Source: Candidatus Woesebacteria bacterium (lineage in GTDB: Bacteria; Patescibacteriota; Microgenomatia; UBA8517). From it: a stretch of DNA of 64,000 nucleotides. The position numbers and the translations under genes are program-made. Under the pieces are notes generated by a model. That model did not search any database, was not told the DNA's origin, and worked only from the letters and a program-made list of their open reading frames with translations. Positions 56,884 to 64,000 of the stretch are shown here, piece after piece (the first letter of the stretch is position 1; every line of letters begins with the position of its first letter). The DNA is taken from contig CP058602.1 in the NCBI GenBank assembly GCA_013426185.1, forward strand, positions 271,123-335,122, given 5' to 3'.

Positions 56884-59362
56884 ATTTTCCTTTGACTAAC
56901 AAGAATATTATTGCACAAAAAGAAACCAAAGAGATAATATTTGCAATTTTTCTAACTGGCGTGTCTTTCAATCTAATTTCAACATTATATCTACCATAAT
57001 CAAGGTCAAAAGTTACAAGGCCAAGACAATATTTCTGCGAAGAGCAGTCGTTATTAAAATGAGGAATTGTCTTTCCGTTTGCCAAAACCACCATTCCAGG
57101 AAAATCAAAAATAGGAGCGCGAATGCGAGCCTTATCACTTAAAACTATAACTTCCCCAATTTGATAATCACTTCCTTTGTTGTATGACAAAATTTTAGCA
57201 TCACCAAAAATAATTTCGGGAGATTCAGGCGCCTTTGACCACGGAGGTAAAGTAGCATAAATTGGCAGATAATCAAAGATACTAATAGTTAATTGCCTTT
57301 CCCAAAGCTCGCCCGAAAACTTCTTTGAATCATCAATATCAAAATACCAATCACGAGGTTTAAAATAATTTATATTCAAAAAAATTGCCAGAACAGAAAT
57401 CAAAATACCTAAAAATAATCTACTTTTCCTCCTAAAAAGTGTTAGGCCGATACCTGTAACAAAAGCAGAAAGGAAAAGAGCTACTGTCATAAAGCGCCAA
57501 GGAAACTGAAACAAGGCTAAAAATGGCAAATTCTCCCAGATAAAAATTGATCTTGGGTGGATAATAAACAAAGAAAAAAGAATTAACAAAAAGCCTATAA
57601 AAATCATCAAATCATAATTAGATTGTTTTTTGGTCTTCAAAATAAATTTACGAAAAGAAAATATCAAAAAGAAAATAAGAGGGAAAAACCACTGCACAAA
57701 ACCTAAAGATAAATTAAGTTTCTCGTCCTTGAAGCCTGAGGAACCATAACCCCACTCCCTATCAAAAAGCAACTTATAAATACCCAAAAAATGCTTCCTG
57801 TAATCAAAATAACCCATTGTCATTGTTTCAATATGAGCATATTGCCTTTCAAAAGCGACAGGTAAAACAAAGAAAGCAGAAAGAGCAAATGCAAAAATTC
57901 CTGAAAGTAAAACTCGAAAAAGGCTCGAAACCTTTTTTTCGTGAAGAGCCCAAAACAAAACCCAAACCAAGAAAGGAACAAAAAAGGATATTGTCATTAA
58001 GATGTGAGTAGTAAAAAGCGAGGCCAAAAATAAAGACAACAGAACAAAATAAATACTCTTGCCTTTCTTAATCAAAAGATAAGAAGACCAAAAAATAAGA
58101 GGAAAAAAGACAAAAGCCCAAAACTCGCTCAAGGCTCCCCTTACATAGACCTCAACTGCTTTATAAGGAGCGTAAGTATAAACAAGACTAGCCACCAAAG
58201 CAGGTAAATTACCCGTAAACAACCTTAACAAAATAAACATTGATAAAGCAGATAGAAGATAACCCAAGACAAAAAGTATCTTAACAGTGTCAACAAATTC
58301 AAAACCTAAAAGATGAATTAATTCGCCCAAATAATAGACAAAAGGAGGGTAATAATTAAATTGAGGATAGCCATATCCGTAACCAGCATCAGGAACCCAA
58401 CGACAAGGAATCTGTAAGTCCTTAAAGCATTTATCCATTTGCTGGACCCGGAAAGCTTGAAGATCATCCTGCATATAAAAAAACCCTCTTCTTAACAAAG
58501 GAGAAATCGTAGGCAAAACAAGTAGTAATAAAAGAATAACACTTAAAATAGTGCCCCTTTTATTTCTAAAAAGATTGGAAAATCTGATTATAGAATTAAT
58601 AAGGTAATGATTAACTGTGCCATAATAGATCTTGCTTGAAGGAATTAATCTCTTCCACTGATCTTTATCGGAAGCTAAATTCTTTCCGCTTTGCCCATGA
58701 AGATGAATTATTTCAGAATCTGGAAGATAGTAGACTTTCAAACCTTTTTTGTTAACTCGCCTGCAATAATCAAGGTCCTCAAAATACATAAAATAACGCT
58801 CATCAAACAGGCCGACCTTTTTAAGAGCAATAGGGGTAATCAGAAAAGCAGCACCTACTGCTGATTCTACAACTGTTGGTTTTTTGCCCGTAGGATAAAA
58901 TTTATCAAGTAATCCCTTTTGACCTAAGAAATATTGCTTGAACGCTCTTGAGACAGAAGGCAGATTAAAACAGGATGGTTGTATTGAATTATCCGCATTA
59001 AGAAGACGAGGGGCAATAACACCAGCGTCTTTTGTCCTTCTAGCAAAGTCGATAAGTTTTTTTATCGCGCCTTTTTTAACTGTTGTATCTGAATTTAAAA
59101 GTAAAATATATTCACCCCTTGAAAGCTTTATTCCCTGATTTACTGCTTTTGCAAAACCAAGATTTTCTTTATTTCTTACCAAGACCAAATTTTTCCACTT
59201 TAATTCATTAAACTTATCAAACGATCCATCTGTTGAAGCGTTATCAATCAGAATTATTTCATAAGGAGGAATACTTTTGTCTTTGGCAATAGAAGACAGG
59301 CAGTCAATTGTCAAATCAGAAGTATTGTAATTTACAATAATTATTGAAATTGCCTTTTTCAC
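56864..59362 (-). CDS. Fusion protein: N-terminal GT2 (WbbL/rhamnosyltransferase-like GT-A) + C-terminal second-family GT-C membrane domain
   Basis: Residues 1-~250 read 'IIIVNYNTSDLTIDCLSSI...IILIDNASTDGS...FEDLDYCRR'. The remainder is homologous to 55216..56883 ('CRWVPDAGYGYGYPQFNYYPPFVYYLGE', 'QFPWRFMTVALF'). Confidence 0.6.
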   Translation of the reverse strand: MKKAISIIIVNYNTSDLTIDCLSSIAKDKSIPPYEIILIDNASTDGSFDKFNELKWKNLVLVRNKENLGFAKAVNQGIKLSRGEYILLLNSDTTVKKGAIKKLIDFARRTKDAGVIAPRLLNADNSIQPSCFNLPSVSRAFKQYFLGQKGLLDKFYPTGKKPTVVESAVGAAFLITPIALKKVGLFDERYFMYFEDLDYCRRVNKKGLKVYYLPDSEIIHLHGQSGKNLASDKDQWKRLIPSSKIYYGTVNHYLINSIIRFSNLFRNKRGTILSVILLLLLVLPTISPLLRRGFFYMQDDLQAFRVQQMDKCFKDLQIPCRWVPDAGYGYGYPQFNYYPPFVYYLGELIHLLGFEFVDTVKILFVLGYLLSALSMFILLRLFTGNLPALVASLVYTYAPYKAVEVYVRGALSEFWAFVFFPLIFWSSYLLIKKGKSIYFVLLSLFLASLFTTHILMTISFFVPFLVWVLFWALHEKKVSSLFRVLLSGIFAFALSAFFVLPVAFERQYAHIETMTMGYFDYRKHFLGIYKLLFDREWGYGSSGFKDEKLNLSLGFVQWFFPLIFFLIFSFRKFILKTKKQSNYDLMIFIGFLLILFSLFIIHPRSIFIWENLPFLALFQFPWRFMTVALFLSAFVTGIGLTLFRRKSRLFLGILISVLAIFLNINYFKPRDWYFDIDDSKKFSGELWERQLTISIFDYLPIYATLPPWSKAPESPEIIFGDAKILSYNKGSDYQIGEVIVLSDKARIRAPIFDFPGMVVLANGKTIPHFNNDCSSQKYCLGLVTFDLDYGRYNVEIRLKDTPVRKIANIISLVSFCAIIFLLVKGKYEQKTS

Positions 59363-60261
59363 TTTTTAAAGCTATCAAGTATAAATTCATCAGCCACGAG
59401 ACTTTCCTTGCTTTCCTTCTTACGCATTTTTATTACATCCCTAACTTTCAGAAGAGCCATAAAAACAATTAGCAAATAACCTGGATGCCTAAACAAACGC
59501 TGAAAAAGGCCAGCTATGTGCTTGGTCATAAGTCTTCTGCTCGTTAAATTCTTCCAAATAAAAAGAAGCTGATTCCTTTCCTGAATACGCGCCTTTTTCT
59601 TCTGATTGAATTTCCCTATCGTCGCTTCATGCTGATGAATTACTTTAGCTTGTGGATCCCAATAAAGTTCATAGCCACGCTTCAAGGCACGGTAAGATAA
59701 ATCAACATCTTCCCAATAAAACGGTATAAACAATTTCTCATCCATCCAACCCAATTCTATCCATATATCTCTTCTGAATACTCCGCTGCCGCCACTTACC
59801 CAGAAAGTCTTTCGCGGCCTCTTAGACAAAGGAAGCGGCTTGTGGACTATAAAACCATCCTCAAAATAACCACAAGCAGGACCATATAAACCCTCATTTA
59901 AAGAAACAGCAAACACCTTGTCATTTTTATCAAAAATATCAAAAACAGATTCTAGAAAATCTTCTGTACAAGATACATCGTTATTCAAAAGACATACCAA
60001 GTTTCCTTTAGCTAGTCTTACTCCCGTATTTGTGGCAACAGCAAATCCTCTATTTTTTTTATGAGAAATAACACGTACTCCTGGAAAATTTCTCTTTAAA
60101 AAATTAACGCTACCATCAGATGAGGCATCGTCAACCATTATTATCTCAATTATCCTATTTTTGGGGTTTTCTTTGGCCTTAATTAAAGAAGGTAAATTTT
60201 TGGAAAGAAGATCTTTGCCATTATAATTTGTAACAATAACAGAAACTTTAAATTTATCCAT
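59359..60261 (-). CDS. GT2 glycosyltransferase
   Basis: 'VSVIVTNYNGKDLLSKNLPSL...IIMVDDASSDGS', 'WEDVDLSYR'. Confidence 0.7.
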   Translation of the reverse strand: MDKFKVSVIVTNYNGKDLLSKNLPSLIKAKENPKNRIIEIIMVDDASSDGSVNFLKRNFPGVRVISHKKNRGFAVATNTGVRLAKGNLVCLLNNDVSCTEDFLESVFDIFDKNDKVFAVSLNEGLYGPACGYFEDGFIVHKPLPLSKRPRKTFWVSGGSGVFRRDIWIELGWMDEKLFIPFYWEDVDLSYRALKRGYELYWDPQAKVIHQHEATIGKFNQKKKARIQERNQLLFIWKNLTSRRLMTKHIAGLFQRLFRHPGYLLIVFMALLKVRDVIKMRKKESKESLVADEFILDSFKK

Positions 60262-60267
60262 ATTTTT

Positions 60268-61329
60268 TCAAGCACGATTAATCAAGTTTTTTATTCTATC
60301 AGAAAAAGCTTGATAAGAAAAATTGGCACTTTTTTCAATTGAAGCATAACTCAACCTTTGAAAAAGAGAATTATCCGCCGCAATTTTTTGGGTAAGATCA
60401 ATCAATTCATCTTTTTCATTCCACAAAAACCCGTCCCTACCTTGACTAACTATCTCTTTATGACCACCTGCATTAAAGACAATAGGAACAGCGCCTGAAG
60501 CCATAGCTTCAACTACTGTGATACCAAAATGCTCAACTTTCTCCGGATTATATTCCTCACTAACTCCAAAACCACTTGCAGACCAAAAAATGCTAGCCCT
60601 CTCATACAAAGATTTGATTTCCCTAAAATCAGGATTTTCTATGATTTCAACCGGAAGCCTGCGGGAAAGAAGATGTAGTTTTCTAACATAGTCCTTGCCT
60701 CCCACCTCAGAACCACCAGCAAGAATTAATCTCCAATCAGAAAAACCTTGCTTATACATCCTTGAGAAAACTTCAACCAAAATATGTTGATTTTTGGCCT
60801 GTTTTAATTGAGAGAAACGACCAACCGAAAGAATAACTTTTTCTTTATTCTTTAAACTAGGTTTAAATGTTTCTACATCAACAGGAGGATACAAAACCAC
60901 GCTATTAACTTTATATTCTCTATCTACAAACTTCTTGGTAAAAAAAGAGTTTACTACAACTTTATTTACTCTCAAAAACTTAATCCTGTTTATTAAAGAA
61001 CCGCCACCTACACCTTTAAAAGGAACTTGAAAATGAATAAAATTTCGACCCGCAAAAAGAAGAGGCACACTCCCATCAGAAAGCCAAAAACAAAAATCGT
61101 AACCCCGACCTCTTTTAATACTGTCTACAATATTGACACCTGACAAATCAACACCAAATCTAGACTCAAGTTTAGGCAATATGTCTTTGTCTTTCCACTC
61201 AAGATCTACTCTATAACCCAAATCAAGAAGAACTCTTGCTACCCCCATAAGATATCTTTCCCCTCCTCCAAGAGTATCAAGATAAGGGCTGTAAATTGAT
61301 GCGAACATAAAAGATAATTTAAAACGCAA
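60268..61329 (-). CDS. GT4 glycosyltransferase
   Basis: 'EHFGITVVEAMASGAVPIVFNAGGHKE'. Confidence 0.7.
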   Translation of the reverse strand: MRFKLSFMFASIYSPYLDTLGGGERYLMGVARVLLDLGYRVDLEWKDKDILPKLESRFGVDLSGVNIVDSIKRGRGYDFCFWLSDGSVPLLFAGRNFIHFQVPFKGVGGGSLINRIKFLRVNKVVVNSFFTKKFVDREYKVNSVVLYPPVDVETFKPSLKNKEKVILSVGRFSQLKQAKNQHILVEVFSRMYKQGFSDWRLILAGGSEVGGKDYVRKLHLLSRRLPVEIIENPDFREIKSLYERASIFWSASGFGVSEEYNPEKVEHFGITVVEAMASGAVPIVFNAGGHKEIVSQGRDGFLWNEKDELIDLTQKIAADNSLFQRLSYASIEKSANFSYQAFSDRIKNLINRA

Positions 61330-61345
61330 AAATTAAAAGTCAAAA

Positions 61346-62179
61346 CTAGAAAAGCTTAAGGTCAAACAAATCGTTATTCATTTTTGACTTTTGAGTTTTA
61401 AGTTTTGAGTTATTTTCTTGCATTTCCCAAAGTTTGGCGTAACTTAAAAATCTGCTCCAAACTTGGTATATGCCGTAAATCACGCCCTCAACACCATCAA
61501 GAAAAGCCAGTTGTTTTATCATTCTTAAATAAAACTCACGAAAAATAGATGAGGCAAAACGCAGAAAATTCATGGGCGGGTGGCAAGCATTAAACATCAA
61601 CTTAGCCTCAATAAGAGACCATTTATTAGTCTTCTCTACTATGTCAAAAAGGTTATCATGTTTTATATGAATAAAATAATTGTTCATATATCCCAACCTA
61701 CCTTTAACAAGAGGTGTCTCATGCAAATCTCCCTGCCAAGTAACAAAATCTTTCTTCTTAAAAAGCCTGACTACATAATCAGGCCAAAGCCCACAGTGCT
61801 TCATCTTTTTGCCAAAAACAAAATTAGAACGAGGAATAGCATAATGAGAAAAGCTACTAGAAGAAATCGCTTCTAAAATTTCCTCCCTTAAACCTTCTGT
61901 TATTCTTTCGTCAGAATCAATATGCAAAACCCACTCTCCTCGTGCCTTTTTGGTGCCAAAATTCCGTCTTTCAGCAAAGCTTTCTTTTATAAACTCAAAT
62001 ATTTTAGCTTTAAATCTCTTAGCTAAACTACAAGTTGCATCCACAGAACCACCATCCACCAAAATTATTTCATCCACCCAACCAAGAGATCTCAAACATT
62101 CATTTATCTTTTTTTCTTCATTTTTAGCCAAAATAACAACGCTTATATTAATTTTATTTTTATTCTCTCTACTTGCCAT
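61346..62179 (-). CDS. GT2 glycosyltransferase (paralog of 36317..37177 and 63146..end)
   Basis: 'ISVVILAKNEEKKINECLRSL...ILVDGGSVDATCSLAKRFKAKIFEF', 'IDSDE'. Confidence 0.6.
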   Translation of the reverse strand: MASRENKNKINISVVILAKNEEKKINECLRSLGWVDEIILVDGGSVDATCSLAKRFKAKIFEFIKESFAERRNFGTKKARGEWVLHIDSDERITEGLREEILEAISSSSFSHYAIPRSNFVFGKKMKHCGLWPDYVVRLFKKKDFVTWQGDLHETPLVKGRLGYMNNYFIHIKHDNLFDIVEKTNKWSLIEAKLMFNACHPPMNFLRFASSIFREFYLRMIKQLAFLDGVEGVIYGIYQVWSRFLSYAKLWEMQENNSKLKTQKSKMNNDLFDLKLF

Positions 62180-62221
62180 ATTTACAAAATATTTACTACA
62201 GATACATCGATGTATTTATAG

Positions 62222-63139
62222 TTATTTCCAGCTACCTTTTCCGAATTTACCAAGGTAAAAATCCCTCACCCCAATTTTCTGCCACTTTCTACCTCTTAAT
62301 AGGAACCTTAGACTTTCCCTGAACAAAGCGATTTTTGTTCTAGTTGGCGCATACTTGAAACCAAACAAAAGACGATTACGACTGATAAAATAATCATTCA
62401 AATCACTACCAATACCCGAGCTTTGAGCAACTTTGTGCCAAACTATACCCTTTGGCTGAAACATAACTTTATAACCAGCTTTTTTAATCCGCAGGGAAAG
62501 ATCCACATCTTCAAAATACATAAAATAACGCTTGTCATAAAGACCTACATCTTTTAAAACAGAAACAGGAAAAAGACTACAGCAACCAGTTGAGAAATCT
62601 ACTTCCTTAACTTCACCAAATTGTCCTTGATCTACCTCATCAACACCTGAGTTAATACCCATCACATTATCCCAATCTACTTTACCACCAGCATACCAAA
62701 TTACCTTACCTAAATCACGAGCTGAATATCTTTCTTTATGAAACTCAAAACCTTTAGCAAAATAGATTTTGGGCGATACTACACCAACTCCTCTATTGTC
62801 TTCAAAGACAGATAAGAGATGAGAGAAGATTTTCCTATCAACCAGGGTATCATTATTCAAAACCATCACATAATCAAAACCTTTAGAGATTGCGTACCTT
62901 AAACCTACATTATTACCTTCGGCAAATCCCAAATTGGATGCGTTTTTAATCAACTTAAAATCAAATTTTTTCTTAAATTTTTCGAGCTTATGTATAGAAT
63001 CATCACTTGAGGCATTATCAACAACCAAAACTTCAGGATCGAAAGAAAACGCATCAACATGAGACAGACTTTCAAGACAAGAAATAGTATCTTTCCACCT
63101 ATTCCAATTTAAAACAACAGTAGCAACTTTTTTCTTCAT
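62222..63139 (-). CDS. GT2 glycosyltransferase (WbbL/RfbF-like)
   Basis: 'VATVVLNWNRWKDTISCLESL...VLVVDNASSDDS', 'FEDVDLSLR'. Confidence 0.7.
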   Translation of the reverse strand: MKKKVATVVLNWNRWKDTISCLESLSHVDAFSFDPEVLVVDNASSDDSIHKLEKFKKKFDFKLIKNASNLGFAEGNNVGLRYAISKGFDYVMVLNNDTLVDRKIFSHLLSVFEDNRGVGVVSPKIYFAKGFEFHKERYSARDLGKVIWYAGGKVDWDNVMGINSGVDEVDQGQFGEVKEVDFSTGCCSLFPVSVLKDVGLYDKRYFMYFEDVDLSLRIKKAGYKVMFQPKGIVWHKVAQSSGIGSDLNDYFISRNRLLFGFKYAPTRTKIALFRESLRFLLRGRKWQKIGVRDFYLGKFGKGSWK

Positions 63140-63145
63140 CCAAGG

Positions 63146-64000
63146 TTAAGAAATCCTTAATTTTCTTTTAAGTCTTAAAAAAAGAGAGTTGATCTTTTTG
63201 TTTTTGTTAATCTTAAGAAGCATATCAGCCTTCCAATAATTTAATTCTCTTTCACTTTTTATCAGTTCTTGATTTAAATCATCAAGATCAAAAACAACTT
63301 CCTTAAACTTATTTGCTTGCCACAACTTAAGATAAAGCACCAATTCCGAAAAAGATTGTAGTAAAGCCAAAGCCAAACCATGAAGGCCATCTTTATAACC
63401 ACTAGCCGAAAAAAAGCGGCTGACAAATTCAGCTGTTGGCCTTCTTATTAAATCTTTCCAATCAAAGACATAACCTTCTTTTATCTTATCTTGAGCTTGT
63501 ATATCGGTATATCTATTCATCCTAAGAATATAAGAAGAAACTGATGAGTAATTTCTGTGAACAATGGCATATTTTTCCTTGGGTAATAAATTTATTCCTT
63601 TACCTTTGGTCTCAGGCTGGCTATGTATTTCATCTTTCCAGATAACCGAACCTTTCCTAAAAAACCTGATGTTATAGTCAGGCCACCACAAAGAATGTCT
63701 TATCCACTTACCAAAGATCAAATTCTTGCGAGGGATATTAACAAAATCATATTGATTTTCTTTGACAATCTTTTTAAGCTTCGCCAAAAGTTGTGGTGTT
63801 GCTCTTTCGTCAGCGTCTAAGATAAAAACCCAGTCACCACTTGCTTTGCTGATAGCAAAATTCCGAGCTGGCTCCACATAACTTTTCCTCTCAAAGGTAA
63901 AAACCCTGGCTCCAAGGCTTTCTGCCACCTCGCAAGTCTTATCTTCAGAATGCATATCAACAACTACCACCTCATCAGCAAACTGACGCACAGACCTGAT
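63146..64000 (-). CDS. GT2 glycosyltransferase, 5' end beyond the window (partial)
   Basis: 'VVVVDMHSEDKTCEVAESLGARVF...LDADE' is homologous to 61346..62179. The expected N-terminal NEE motif is missing because the gene runs off the window edge. Confidence 0.6.
   Translation of the reverse strand: MRSVRQFADEVVVVDMHSEDKTCEVAESLGARVFTFERKSYVEPARNFAISKASGDWVFILDADERATPQLLAKLKKIVKENQYDFVNIPRKNLIFGKWIRHSLWWPDYNIRFFRKGSVIWKDEIHSQPETKGKGINLLPKEKYAIVHRNYSSVSSYILRMNRYTDIQAQDKIKEGYVFDWKDLIRRPTAEFVSRFFSASGYKDGLHGLALALLQSFSELVLYLKLWQANKFKEVVFDLDDLNQELIKSERELNYWKADMLLKINKNKKINSLFLRLKRKLRIS

Overview
AT-rich bacterial window, about one-third G+C by eye, with Shine-Dalgarno sites (GGAGG) and tightly packed genes that are mostly on the minus strand and often overlap by 1-30 nt (operon-like). 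Almost all of it is one giant cell-envelope or protein glycosylation locus. It holds at least 12 soluble glycosyltransferases (GT2, GT4, GT8), a GDP-mannose 4,6-dehydratase, three SAM methyltransferases, a short-chain dehydrogenase (SDR), a Wzx-like flippase, a dolichol-phosphate-mannose-synthase-like GT2, and two expanded paralog families of large polytopic GT-C-type membrane glycosyltransferases. One family is ArnT/PMT-like (at least 7 copies); the other is a YfhO-like family carrying a GYGYP...YYLGE / QFPWRF motif (4 copies, one fused to an N-terminal GT2 domain). Gene content and style suggest a reduced-genome, possibly CPR/Patescibacteria-like organism (inference only). There are no rRNA, tRNA or CRISPR genes. 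The non-glycosylation content is small: two four-helix-bundle (TIGR02436-type) genes, an ImmA/IrrE-like HExxH protein, a degraded IS481/IS3-type integrase remnant, and two paralogous tiny acidic proteins with strong promoters. The most unusual feature is a pervasive mosaic family of intergenic repeats. These are built from 7-bp-periodic tandem arrays (ACAAATT, CTAAATC, TACTTTC, AACTTTT, GATTATA, TTTGACT) plus conserved hairpin cores. Inverted copies flank individual genes or cassettes (the flippase; gmd plus a membrane protein; each four-helix-bundle gene), and in two places the repeats run in-frame into coding sequence.
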